A stretch of 64,000 nucleotides of DNA, taken from contig OX597818.1 in NCBI GenBank assembly GCA_951406725.2, positions 64,108,001-64,172,000 of the forward strand, in the 5' to 3' direction. Under the pieces are notes generated by a model. That model ran no database searches, was not told the origin of the DNA, and was given only the letters and a program-made list of their open reading frames with translations. Each line of letters opens with the position of its first letter. Position 1 is the stretch's first letter. This stretch comes from Octopus vulgaris (lineage: Eukaryota). Both the position numbers and the translations under genes were made by a program. Below, piece after piece: positions 1 through 13,252 of the stretch.

Positions 1-608
1 GACACACCCTTTATTCGTAGTTTTCGTTACCGCTTTCAGCTTTTTAGTTGTGATTTTTCCACAATATTCTAACATTTGAAATAAAACTTCTCATGGACTG
101 AATACTTTATTGATACTCCCATTGGGAAGCGGACATTATAATACTTCTATCTGTATGTGTGTGTGTGTGTATGTGTGCACGCGCGTGTGTGTATGTCAGT
201 GTGTGTGTGTAGGAATATATGTATGATATACGACTGTGATATCATTTCCAATCCTTGTTTATAGGCATTCTCGCGATACGTGATATTCTGGTATACAGAA
301 TACAAATTTATCACCGTAGCAGACATTGAAGTTGTTTAGTCAGAATTTACTACGGAAAGAACAAGCGTATTTTTCACTTAATTTTTGGAAGAATGCCCCA
401 AGAAAAGAAATTTCTTGGAAGCTTTGAGGACAAATTTGAAAACCGTATTTCACATATCATTAAACACACATACACGCACATATATACATATAATTATATA
501 TATGTATATATTATATATGTATGTGTGTATATATTATATATAATTATATATAAATCAGAAATATTAAATTTCTAAATATCTCATAGAGATATGTACGGTC
601 GTGGAGCG

Positions 609-894
609 ATATAGTGGTTGTATACTGTCAAATTAACGTGACAGTAAGGGAATTACCTCACCGCTGTTTAGCCCTAGGAAGCATCGACGCTTCTGACGGC
701 CTCGACACATTTCCTGTGTCCTTATATATTTAAGAAGGGGAGCTGTTGAGGGTATTTGTCTCCCCTTCGTAAATATATAAGGACACAGGAAATGTGTCGA
801 GGCCGACAGGAAGCGTCGAGGCTTCCTAGGGCTAAACAGCGGTGGTGTAATTCCCTTACTGTCACGTTAAGTTGACAGTATACAATCACTATAT
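609..894. repeat. Foldback inverted repeat, ~134-bp arms and 17-nt loop (MITE-like), adjacent to (TA)n
   Basis: 609-742 (atatagtggttgtatactgtcaa...gaaggggag) is the reverse complement of 760-894 (ctccccttc...tacaatcactatat) with scattered mismatches. Confidence 0.9.
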
Positions 895-899
895 ATGAA

Positions 900-953
<54 letters not shown>

Positions 954-955
<2 letters not shown>

Positions 956-1117
956 GGTCCCGGGTTGAGTCGGGATTAACCACAGTAAATAAGGTACTCA
1001 ATACATAGCAAAGTAAATTAATTTATTTTATAGAAGGAGCTTCTACAGGACTAGATTTCTGATGATTTCATTTGAATGAAGCAGTTCTAGTCCTGTAGAA
1101 GCTCCTTCTATAAAATA

Positions 1118-1120
<3 letters not shown>
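954..1120. mobile_element. Short element between (TA)n tracts with a 32-bp inverted repeat; possible PLE-like foldback remnant
   Basis: tattttatagaaggagcttctacaggactaga (~1024-1055) pairs with tctagtcctgtagaagctccttctataaaata (~1086-1117). The loop contains ctgatga...gaagc. TA tracts lie on both sides. Confidence 0.55.
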
Positions 1121-1172
<52 letters not shown>

Positions 1173-1392
1173 TACATACAGGTTATATGCATGTATATAT
1201 TTAATCTCATAAGTCCAAAAATCATTATATATCACGAATTCAGCTCCCGTTTCAATCGAAAATTTAAAAAAATAACGATGCAATAACCCCCTATAAGTAT
1301 TCCTATAATTTAAAAACTCTTAATCTCAATACGTAATCATTACCATGCAACCGAATAAATCTTACTAACCCCAAAGAATCGTCATATATATA

Positions 1393-1792
1393 TGTGGTAA
1401 GTAGCTTGTCTACCAGCCACATGGTTGCGGGTTCAGTCCCATTGCGTGGCATCTTGGGCAAGTGTCTTCTGCTATAGCCCCGGGCCGACCAAAGCCTTGT
1501 GAGTGGATTTGGTAGACGGAAACTGAAAGAAGCCCGTCGTATATATGTATATATGTATATATGTATGTGTGTGTGTTTGTGTGTCTGTGTTTGTTCCCCT
1601 AGCATTGCTTGACAACCGATGCTGGTGTGTTTATGTCCCCGCTACTTAGAGGTTCGGCAAAAGAGACCGATAGAATAAGTACTGGGCTTACAAAAGAATA
1701 AGTCCCGGGGTCGATTTGCTCGATTAAAGGCTGTGCTCCAGCATAGCCGCAGTCAAATGACTAAAACAAGTAAAAGAGTAAAAGAGTAAAAG

Positions 1793-1793
<1 letters not shown>
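1393..1793 (+). mobile_element. tRNA-derived CORE-like SINE (family 1), 5'-clipped
   Basis: B-box-like gggttcagtccc, CORE-like cttgggcaagt, internal TA/TG tract and (gtaaaaga)n tail; 7 copies in this window. Confidence 0.9.
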
Positions 1794-1824
<31 letters not shown>

Positions 1825-4270
1825 ATGTGTGCTTGTATGTTTAAATATATATATATATATTTATATTTATATAGTTATATGTATGCGTATGTGTGCGCAC
1901 CTGTGCATGTGTATGTGTGTATGTAAATGTTGTGTTAGTTGAAATATCTCTGTGACATATTTCAACTGCTAATAGCCAAACGGCTGCAGCTATCGAGGTG
2001 AAAATTTTCTGCTCGTTAACCGAAATTAATTTGCCGCTTAGTTTTAGCTGTTGGAATATGGCACAAATATATTTTCACTCTTCTAAACTTTGGTTATGTC
2101 TAAATCACTGCTTGACGCTTATATTACGGCATTAATTCGGCAACATTTCGGTAATATATACATATGTACAAACGTACATATATTCACATTTTTCTGAAGA
2201 ATCAGAGAGTATGTATGATGAAGCTGTTTTAAATGCTAGGTAGGATCTGATCCTGCCAAGCATTTAAACGATACAGATTTCCAATTGATATACTTAACCC
2301 ACGCTCCTGGAGTTTACTCTACAAGACGTACTTAATTAAGTGAATTTAATCGTCACTGTAATTTGAATTACCAGTTGGAAAGGATTATCATTTGTGAATT
2401 TTAGGCTATTCTTCACAATTAGGTTATTATTTAGTTCATTATATCGATGTAGTAGAGCATCGTTCAGAATACATTGCATAATTATCCGGAATACTAATCA
2501 ACATATGTGTATATAAATTCAGCATTCACTCCTATATTTTCAGCGAAGATAAGTGTGTCTTCATGTGCGTGCGGTCCTGTTTGTCCGTGTGTTTCTGTGT
2601 GTTCCTGCACCTTTGTGTTTGCGTTTGCGTATGTATGCATAATTGATGAAATTTAGTAAATCATGCAGATTTATCGTATCGACTGCAAAAGGCAACAAAG
2701 ATGTTATCTGCAGAATTCAATTGTAGAAATTGTCTAATGAATGAAATTAATGATTCAGCGTCGTAACATTACGACTTTTCCGCTCACATCTTCATATATA
2801 ATTACTCTGTTGAACATAAGTTTCCGGATGTCTTGTGGCGAAAATCATAGTAATATCCACCACAGCGTTGCGTCATCGACGTTCTATTATATGCCTAATG
2901 TGTTATTTGAATTATTCTCCTTTGGAGTAGACATTTAGCAATGCTAGAAATAATTCTAAAGAGTCATTAGTGCTCCAATATAATTTGGTACAAATATATT
3001 GTTTCGCAAATTTCTATTTCTTGGCTCTAACCCTTCTCAGTATGCGTTATCATCACTTGAACTAGGTAACGTACGCAGCATCCTTTCTATTGCCTATGCA
3101 GAGCAGGTTCGAATCGTACATCGGGCATAACGGACAAACTTATTTCTTAACCTCGTATGAAAGTTGTGGTTTCTTCCCTTTAATTACACCGTACTTATCT
3201 CAAAGCCCAATGTTTCAAACTTCGATGCACAGACCCTCATAAATCTCTTTCTTGATTAGGGCTTTCCAGCATGGAATGACCTGAAACCGTTTTAATTGGC
3301 CATTACAAGAATCATTGCCACCAGGAGCTGATCTGGTCTTTCCTCGTAACTCAGAAATGACACCACTCATACACACACACACACAGTCGCACACACACAC
3401 ACACACACAAACACAAGCGCACGAACACAAGAATGCACAACTCCACTCTACACATATGCACACACATATACACGCGTATACAGGTGCGGACTAAAGTATG
3501 TATACATTTGCTTAATATAAGTTAAATATTCCTTCTATCTTTCCATTTATAATTTAGAGCTTCCAGTGAAACCAAGCAAGCAGCAAAAACACATACACAC
3601 ACAAACCCTCTTACGCACACAAACACGTACGCACACGCATGCACACACGCATGCACACAAAAAAAAAAAAATATATATATATATATATGTATATATATAT
3701 TCCTCTCCTATATATATAACTAATAGACGTATACAGTGAATCAGTTAAGTACGAGTGTATGATTGAAAACATTTTTGCAGAATTAAATTAAAAGCTTCTA
3801 TTATTATTTCATAGTTAACGTCATCAATTTTATATAAATCAGACGATTTTCTTTAATTACAATATTTATTAAGTTTGTGAAATTACTACGCACATCCTTG
3901 TTCTTGGGATGTAGGGATAATGAAAAGATTAGTTTCTTAATTTGAGATTGTATTTGATGATACATAGAACTAGAGTTTCTAGTGACCTAAGATTTAAAAT
4001 ATGGTATCACTTGAGAGACGTTTAAATTCTCATAGGCGATAACCAGCATATGCAAGATATTATTTGCTCAGCTCACAATTATAATTAGTTAATTATGTGT
4101 ATGATAGGTAGTATGAATTCATATCATATTTCAGCATTTCAATTTTTATGACTTATCTAAATGTTTTATACCGATTTATACATCTTATTATATATCAGTC
4201 TGAAAAAGTAAGAGATATTCTCCTGTTCCTTCAGAATTTTTTCAGTTCATAGTGTATTATTTAACTAGAG

Positions 4271-4761
4271 CAGGGTCACCAAACGTTTTTCACGGCGGGC
4301 CAGGTAATGACGAGAGAAGAACGAACACGGACCACAATGCACTGAATACACAAAACATAAAGACAATCAATATATTCATTTCCCAAAAAGTTATGAAAGA
4401 AGGCGGCGTTAGCATTAAGCTAGTTATGTCACACCCACTGCGCACCTAAATGAATCTCACAAACTAAGAAGCCAAAACGGTTATTGAGATTTGTGAAACT
4501 GTTGTTTAGCTTTAAAGATATCATAATATTTGCTTTGGAATTGCTTTCATCCATCAACGTCATACAATGTGCTGACTTCATATTCTTTATTTTGGAAAGT
4601 GTTTGCTCACAGACATAAGTTGTTCCAAACACTGATGCCATATCAGACATAAATGAGCTCCCATTGCAGGTACTTACACGAAAGGTGTAGTGCGGCGGCC
4701 GGCCGAATAAACTGATCTCGCGGACTGGATCCGGCCCGTGAACCGTAGTGTGTTGACCCCG
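4271..4761 (-). mobile_element. Internally deleted hAT DNA transposon (Charlie/SPIN-like)
   Basis: Ends cagggtcaccaaac and gtgttgaccccg are TIR-like. 8-bp TSD aactagag (4263-4270) / aacgagag (4762-4769). Minus-strand peptide SVFGTTYVCEQTLSKIKNMKS resembles the hAT C-terminal dimerisation motif. Confidence 0.85.
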
Positions 4762-5077
4762 AACGAGAGAGTCTTACAGACTGGTAACTTTTATCACTAA
4801 TGTTAATATGTTGCCACTGAGTGTACATATCATAATTGCAGTTTAACATTTATCAAATGTCTTTGTGTTCATAAAAAATAATGAAATGCATAATAATTTA
4901 CAAACGAAAAGTATTTATTAACACAAATTTCGCATTTATATTACAGTAATAAATATACGTAATTTGGTTTTATCTTAAGAACATAATTGCAATTAACACA
5001 ATCCAATTTTTTTTTAATCATGTCTTTCTTTTTGGTATAGACTTGCACATATATATGTATATATATATGTATAAATA

Positions 5078-5175
<98 letters not shown>

Positions 5176-5178
5176 GTA

Positions 5179-5245
<67 letters not shown>

Positions 5246-6114
5246 GTATATATATGATAGAGTGAAAGAGAGAGAGAGAGGGAGATAAATAGTTAGAATG
5301 ATGTTTATATATATGTTTTAAATGGCAAACTTGATGTCAGCAGATATCACTTCAGGAATTAAATATCACCGGAAAGCATAAATTGCAATGGTGTTGATTA
5401 TATGGATTAATGCAGATAAAATGTTTCCTTTTGCATCTCAAATGCATGAAAATGTTTCTAATCTGCAAAATGCAACGAATATATTCCAGAATATATTAAT
5501 CAAATCTAAATGTTTAAAAATCATATTTCGCAACTTCACACGTAGTTATTATTCCTAATATTATTATTATAGTTCAAATGCAAATCCTAGATGTGTTCTT
5601 TGTTATTATTGTCCTAACTCTTATAAACGCTGATGCATTTAACATGTGTACACTTAACACATTCAAAATTAATAATCCTTTTAAACGGTTAAATATTAAT
5701 AGTTTTAATACCCCACATCACACCTAAGTAGACGGAATATGTCGTCACGTTTGGCGGCGAGCTGGTGTGTGAAGTGTAGGAATACTAAATACGAATTTCA
5801 TTAAATGTATTTCTAGATATTCTATGAAATTAAGAGCTAACACAGAGTTTTGCTACAACGTTTCGTATCTAGACGTCAGATGTCAAGAAAAAATTAGATA
5901 GGGTACAAAAGTGGGTAATAAGAGTATATACCATACTCTGGGGATTTTTGCTCCTTCATCAGAACCCATCTATCATATTCCTGCCTCCGAAAACATTGCC
6001 ACCGTACACAGCAGTGTTAAGTAATTGAAAATACCAATTTACTTATTAAACGCATTCCTGGAACTGGCATAAAAACATGAATGATTTGCAGGTACGTTGT
6101 ACTAAATATAATAA

Positions 6115-6360
6115 ATCCTTCTCGAGCCATGCCAGGTTCATAAGGGCCGGTTTCCCGGTTTCAGTGGCGTAGAAATTCCTCACCTGGACGGGACGCCGGT
6201 CCGTCGCGGGATTACTCAGTTTTGCCAGCTGAGTGGACTGGAGCAACGTGAAATGAAGTGCTTTGCTCAAGAACACAACGCATCGCCCGGGCCAGGAATC
6301 GAAACCACAACATTACGCTCATGAGTTCGACACCCTAACCACTAAGCCACGTGCCTCCAC
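6115..6360 (-). mobile_element. tRNA-derived SINE (family 3)
   Basis: Minus strand reads gtggaggcacgtggcttagtggttagg (A box), gtttcgattcc (B box), then gtgttcttgagcaaagcactt and cgcgacggaccggcgtcccgtccagg. Flanked by a likely TSD, tactaaata. Confidence 0.85.
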
Positions 6361-7370
6361 GATACTAAATAAATATGAACTCAAATGAAAATGGTTTAGC
6401 TAACGGTACAAATATTACAAATGTTTTTTTTTGTGATTTCTGGACAACGGAAGTAATCTTAATCCTGTTCTTAAGCATTCAAACTTCAACGTGATTCTTG
6501 TACTCATATGAGCGCGTAGATATGAAAATTTATATAAAACAGATGTATATCCTTCACAGCAGAATACTATTATTATTCGTACTCTTCAAGCAGTCAATAT
6601 AACAACGATTATGTAATCGGGAAGCGAAGTGTGTATTAAATAAACATTACACCTAAAGTATTATATAGTAATGAGGATACAGAACATATTGATGTAATAT
6701 TTACATAAGTGCATATCTGTGAACGAGCCTGCAAGTTGCGTATGTACTCGTGTTTGTTTAGGATAGATGTGCATATAACCAAAACAAGGTAAATATCTTT
6801 ATGCAAACCTCTAACGCTGTAGGTAAGTGTATACGTAAATATTAGCATTAATGTAAGTGTTACGCGATTATATAACTGTATGTGTAGGAATGTATCTCTG
6901 TATGCATGTCCATGTGTTGGTATTAGCGAACATATATACGTATATATGTATATGTGTATATCCGTATGCAGACAGAAATTGTGGCGAAGGATATCTGTGT
7001 GTGCTGATGGGTGTGTCTGGTATATGTGGGTATGCTTTTGTGCGTGTGTGTCTGTGTAGTAAGATATTTAGGAAACTTTAAAAAATATACAAATATACTG
7101 TTTCCACGTGCGCATGTAGATGCATGTTGCATAGTTTGTATTCACTTAACTTCCTGTACTTGTGTTGAACAAACAGCTTAATTAACAGGTGCGCTTGATT
7201 ACTTCATGTAATTAGGTTTCATCGTAAGCACAAAAGCTATCCCATTCAAAAGAAGTGAAGGTTTAGTAAACGTACAAACGTAAATTATAAGTGATGTCAT
7301 TTTTGGATTGTCGAACAACTCGAAGATCGTGAATACTTTCATGATGACAAAAAGAAAAAAAAAAGAAATA

Positions 7371-7772
7371 GGCGCAGGAGTGGCTGTGTGGTAAGTAGCT
7401 TGCTAACCAGCCACATGGTTCCGGGTTCAGTCCCACTGCGTGGCACCTTGGGCAAGTGTCTTCTGCTATAGCCCCGGACCGACCAATGCCTTGTGAGTGG
7501 ATTTGTTAGACGGTAACTGAAAGAAGCTTGTCGTATATATGTATATATATATATATATGTGTGTGTGTTTGTGTTTGTTCCCCTAGCTTTGCTTGACAAC
7601 CGATGCTGGTGTGTTTACGTCCCCGTCACTTAGCGGTTCGGCAAAAGAGACCGATAGAAAAAGTACTGGGCTTACAAAAAAAATATGTCCCGGGGTCGAG
7701 TTTACTCGATTAAAGGCGGTGCTCCAGCATGGCCGAAGTCAAATGACTGAAACAAGTAAAAGAGTAAAAGAG
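7371..7772 (+). mobile_element. CORE-like SINE family 1, full length
   Basis: ggcgcaggagtggctgtgtggtaag head with A and B boxes and a gtaaaaga tail; homologous to 1393-1793. Confidence 0.92.
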
Positions 7773-8702
7773 CAAAGTTAGCAAAACTCGATGTGAAGAG
7801 GAAAAGTTTTCTGATCAAGATGTAGAAGCGTATCGCTAAAAGCAGCGGAGATTTAATTCCTTTTTAATACAAATTATTCTGTTGGAGGATCTGAATTTGT
7901 CATCAGTTGCTGCAGATGTATGCAGCGTTTCTGTGCTGCCTCCGTTTACCCAGCAAGGAACATCATGGCTCCATAATAAGTTCTATAAAGAGCTTATTCT
8001 CATTTCACGTAGACAAGTTTTAAAAAAGCATGTCTATACTGCTTCATTGGATTTAATGGTGTTTGTCAATGAGATCTCAACGGGAATTTCAAATAAATTA
8101 TGAAACATATGTCCAAATAATTAAGTTTTAAATTATACTTCTTATTCATTTATGGATACACTATTTTAGGGATACACTATTTTACTTGAAATCGTAAAAT
8201 CGTGGTCTCATTCCCGGTCAGGAGAGGTGATTCTCTTCTTGAGCAAGACATTTTATTTCATTTTATTCAATCTCCTCAAGTGTTAACATATACAATCTTT
8301 AGCTGGGGAATTTGTGCGTTCACACTCGCATCCTTCTTAGTGGGGTATATTGTAATCTCACTCACTTTTACGCCATGAAATCCGAGTTCAGACGAAAATT
8401 ATGGCTCTTAGAGATGGAATCATTATTCAGTTACGTACTTATTCTTATGTTTTTGATACTACTATTTCAGTTTATATTGATAGAATATGCTTGATTGTAG
8501 ATTAAGTGAGTGTAGAATTTCAAAATTTAAATGATAAAAAATATATTTCATCGAATACATTATATAAATATCGGTTGCATAAAGAATATTTATATGGAAT
8601 GTACTAAATTAATTTTAAAATATTTAAAATATTTTAAAATATAGTGAGAAGAATGAAATTTAAATTTTGGTAATGGCTGAAAATTGTGTGTAGTTGTTAA
8701 TC

Positions 8703-9420
8703 TATAGACCCAGAAAAGGTAAAGTCGACCTAGGCGGTATTTGAACTGAGGATGTAAAGTCGGACGAAATATCGATTTTTTTTTCTACCCACAAGAGGCT
8801 AAACACAGAGGGGACAGACAAGGACAGACACACGGATTAAGTCGATTATATCGACCCCAGTGTGTAAATGGTACTTAATTTATCGACCCCGGGAGGATGA
8901 AAGGCAAAGTTTACCTCGGCGGAATTTTAACTCACAACGTAACGGCAGGCGAAATACCTATTTATTTACTACCCTCAAGGGGCTAAACACAGGGGGGACA
9001 AACAAGTACAGACACACGGATTAAGTCGATTATATCGACCCCAGTGCGTAACTGGTACTTAATTTATCGACCCCGGAAGGATGAAAGACAAAGTTTACCT
9101 CGGCGGAATTTGAACTCAGAACGTAACGGCAGACGAAATACGGCTACGCATTTCGCCCGGCGTGCTAACGTTTCTGCCAGCTCGCCGCCTTCGTAACGGC
9201 AGGCGAAATACCTATTTCTTTACTACCCACGAGTGGTTAAACACAGAGAGGACAAACAAGGACAGACAAACGGATTAAGTCGATTATATCGACCCCAGTG
9301 CGTAACTGGTACTTATTTAATCGACACCGAAAGGATGAAAGGCAAAGTCGACCTAAGCGGAATTTGAACTCAGGACGTAACGGCAGATGATATAACGCTA
9401 AACCTTTCGCCCGGCGTGCC
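8703..9420 (-). mobile_element. Tandem cluster of tRNA-derived SINE family 2 (Meta-domain-like)
   Basis: Repeated ~180-230-bp units reading ggcggcgagctggcaga...gagttcaaattcc...gcctttcatcctttcggggtcgataaattaagtaccag on the minus strand: a partial copy at 8703-8772, a dimer at 8776-9190 and another unit at 9192-9420. Confidence 0.9.
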
Positions 9421-10453
9421 TCAAAACAATAATTAAAACCTAATTGATTTTGGTTTTAATTTCTGTCTTGAATATTTCCGTTAAACGAACGAAAGCGCCA
9501 ATGAGGAGTCCTCCAAAATTCTAACTGCCTCCTTTTTCTAAGATTGCGGGAGAATAACCTACGTTTTACAGAGAAGTATTTAACAGCATTATGGTTTTAA
9601 CCAACTTGTGTGTTCTAATCCTTGCCATCATCCTTAACAGATGACATTCTTAAACTGACATTCTTGTGTTGGAACGGAAACATAAATAATGAAATCAGCT
9701 TATCAACACAGGAATAAATAAATAAAAATATACGTGCTTTAAATTCTATCAGAATAGTATCTTCTATATTGGAATGCAATTAGAATCGTTATTCTAGAAT
9801 TTGTATGCATTTTTTGTAAATACGTTTATTGCTTCATGAACGATGTCATACGTTTTGGATCATTGTCAATAATTAATTTGTGTGAAATAAGATTATTTTT
9901 CACAAAATATTTTCATTTGTATTGTTTACATCAACAAAAGTGGTGCGTACATGACAGTCAAGTATATATATAATTAATTTTAAACTACATTCCGGTAAGG
10001 TACACATGACTTTAGACTCTGTTAAACTATTTTAATAAAATGTACTTTTAAGTCGTTACCACGCATCATAGGAGCATAACACCTCATGTTGTCACATTTA
10101 GAATGCAGATAATTAAAATTAAGAATATTTCAATAAAAGTGGAATCCTTTGAGAGGTTCATGAAGACTGCTACCTGTAAGTTACTCCTACTTATTAATAT
10201 ACCTTTTTTACGCAAAACTCTGGGGTTTCTTTCGTTCATCATTACTGCATCCACGAAGCTCTAAACATTCTGGAAGTATGTTCATCCAAGTTCTTGATGC
10301 AGGAAACATGCCCTAAAGCCTGGTTTTTCATTTGGATGTTTTTAAATAATGTTTCGTTAAATAATGTGAATATGCAAATATGGTAGGTTTTACAATCAAG
10401 CACAATTATATTTCTGAGTGATATTTTCTTTTTACCTGTATCTTATTTGATAA

Positions 10454-10531
<78 letters not shown>

Positions 10532-11855
10532 AATATATATATATATATGTGTATTTGTACATCAGAGCTTGACTGAATTCGCCCAAGTGCACGTAGATAT
10601 GTATATGTGTGCGTTTGTGTGCTTGTGTGTGTGTTGGTGTGTGTGTGTGTTTGTGTGTGCATGCATGTGTTAATGCGTGTTTGTGTGCATATATTTGTGC
10701 GTGCATGTGTGTGCTTGTGTGCACACAAACGCATGCATACAGCACTTGCAACACTATGAGTGGGTCTTGAAACAGAAGCTTAACGATTTAGATGTCAGAG
10801 TAAATTAACATGACTTTGCAAAGACCAAGATTGAAATGGAATTAAATAGATTTGGATTTATTGCTTAGATTATTTCTATTTTCATTATGTATATGGTATA
10901 ACTTGGATTGAATTTTAAACAAATAAAAATAAATAGACGGACAAACTGTCAAATCCAAGACACATAACTTGTGTTTCACTAAATGCTATACTTATATATA
11001 TTAGAGGCGTTTTTTTTTTGTTTTACAGTACCGTATATATAAAGAACAATGCTGCCTCAAAGCCACCCAATCTACAGCAATCGGGGAACGTCTTGTATTT
11101 TGGACAGATAATAAAATATTTCAATGCCGTAAAAGTTGTCACGGTAAATTATAACCTCCATATATTTCAGATTAATACTGAATGCATCATACATATTCAT
11201 CTATTTCACCATCTTCAATATTGTAACACACAAAACTGCTATATTTCACACAGCCACTCGCGTAGCGCTCGTAAAATTAGACAGGAGTTAATGGCATCTA
11301 CATTTTGTCGGTTTACAACCTGATTGAATCGGTTTAGCTTTGACGTTTCTGCTGAAAACTACAAGATTCATGAATCTCGATTTTTCGTTTTATATTTTCC
11401 TATATTTGTGTATATATTTTTCTGACATACATCACATTTTATTAATTTCCTGAGGGTAGTGACTTAAACTTATTGCATACATGTATGTAGGAGTTGTGAA
11501 GTTACCCAGAATTCGAAAGAAGACAAAGAAATAATTCTATGTAAATCAAAAGCATAACCTTAAATATAAAATCTACGAAGCAATATAAATTTATGAAGTT
11601 AAAACGATATAAGCAAAATACATAGAAACAATATGAAACAAGATGTTTTTAAAAAAGGATAGATATAGATGTTATGCAGGTTATGATCCACAGAAGCAAA
11701 AGTTTGATGGGTATGTTATCAAAGTATAAACGTATAATATTGCATATGTTATCTTTTTTAAAACTATTCCGGCTGCTATTCTATCAAAACAATGTGTGTC
11801 AAAATTATGTAACACTCATAAATACTGACTAAAAGCTAATCAGTAGCTAAATAGC

Positions 11856-12272
11856 TATTTCTTTGCTACCCACAAGAGGCTAAACACAGAGGGGACAGAC
11901 AAGGACAGACAAAAGGATTAAGCTGATTACATCGACCCCATTGTGTAACTGGTACTCAATTTATCGACCCCGAAAGGATGAAAGGCAAAGTCGACCGCGG
12001 CGGAATTTGAACTCACAACGTAACGGCAGGCGAAATACCTATTTCTTTACTACCCACAAGGGGCTAAACACAGAGGGAACAAACAAGGACAGACAAACGG
12101 ATTAAGTCGATTACATCGACTCCAGTGCGTAACTGGTACTGAATTTATCGACTCCGAAAGGATAAAAGGCAAAGTCGACCTCGGCGGAATTTGAGCTCAG
12201 AACGTAACGGCAGATGAAATACCGCTAAGCATTTCGCCCGGCGTGCTAACGTTCCTGCCAGCTCACCGCCTT
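11856..12272 (-). mobile_element. Dimeric SINE family 2 with 16-bp TSD
   Basis: Two head-to-tail units; TSD tcagtagctaaatagc at 11840-11855 and 12273-12288. Confidence 0.92.
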
Positions 12273-12409
12273 TCAGTAGCTAAATAGCAATAGATGCTAC
12301 ATGCAAATTTCAAATGGTTTATACTGTCGTCCTGCGTGCAACAAGGTTACAAAAACAAAATACTTAAACATTCAGCAATGAAAAATAGCAGCAATATTCG
12401 GGGGTGCGG

Positions 12410-12581
12410 GGATGAGTGTATTACATTGACCCCAGTATTCAACTAATACTTATTTTATCGACCCCGAAAGAATGAAAAGCAAAGTCGACCTCTGAAGAAA
12501 TTGTGCTTAGAAATTAGTGATATGCGGAGTAAAATTAAGCAGTTAGTCCAGAGCGCTAACGATTCTGACAGCTCGCTGCCT
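12410..12581 (-). mobile_element. Diverged SINE family 2 copy
   Basis: tcgaccccgaaagaatgaaaagcaaagtcgacc and ctgacagctcgctgcc match the family 2 consensus. Confidence 0.8.
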
Positions 12582-12624
12582 TAATAATAATAATAATAAT
12601 AATAACAACAACAACAACAACAAC

Positions 12625-12655
<31 letters not shown>

Positions 12656-12672
12656 GTAGTAGTAGTAGTAGC

Positions 12673-12736
<64 letters not shown>

Positions 12737-12747
12737 GTAGTAGTAGC

Positions 12748-12814
<67 letters not shown>

Positions 12815-12825
12815 GTAGTAGTAGC

Positions 12826-12862
<37 letters not shown>

Positions 12863-12960
12863 TTAATAGTAGTAGTAGTAGCAATAATAATAATAATAAT
12901 AATAATAGTAGTAGTAGTAGCAATAATAATAATAATAATAATAATGATAATAATAATAAT
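12582..12960. repeat. Compound (TAA)n/(CAA)n/(TAG)n microsatellite
   Basis: Seen directly; explains the poly-Leu ORF 12543-13010. Confidence 0.97.
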
Positions 12961-13252
12961 CTCTTCGATTTACATCGCTGATGGTTTATATAAAAGATTG
13001 GAGACATCACAGGACAACGGAACGCAAAATGTGTGGCATTTTCATCGCGTAAAAAGTTAATAGCAATAAAAACATTACAAACTAAATATCAAAAAGAGGG
13101 AAACTACCTACGTCTGCCCGTGAAGAGTCACAAAAGCAGGATTTCCTTGATCCCCCTGGGAAGTGTGGGGCATAAAAATGATATAGCAGTTGTATCCACT
13201 AAGCATGCCGGACAAAATACTTAACACGATTTCGTACGTCTTTGTGTTTTCG

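Noticed and set aside
1303-1605. Recurrent 'RLPNPLTRLWSARGYSRRHLPK' ORF family (also 7339, 29829, 44360, 60542)
   Set aside because: Antisense translation of SINE family 1, not a protein family.
5043-5288. [14 protein letters not shown], poly-L, poly-I, poly-N, poly-Y and poly-S ORFs throughout the track (example coordinates)
   Set aside because: Translations of (TA)n, (CA)n, (TAA)n and (CTA)n microsatellites, which lack stops in some frames.
5850-5965. Minus-strand ctgacgt...gaaacgtt and a nearby ctgatga
   Set aside because: No stem II for the first and no GAAA for the second.
6290-6360. tRNA genes at SINE heads (also 7371 and 30966)
   Set aside because: A and B boxes are present, but there is no full cloverleaf and the sequence runs into SINE bodies.
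8062-8117. tttg-tcaatga...GAAAC-atat-GTC-caaa hammerhead-like motif
   Set aside because: 5' core has three mismatches, stem II is poor and there is no TA context; could be chance.
8703-9420. CRISPR-like or satellite array
   Set aside because: The units are SINE copies with no unique spacers and no cas genes, in eukaryotic context.
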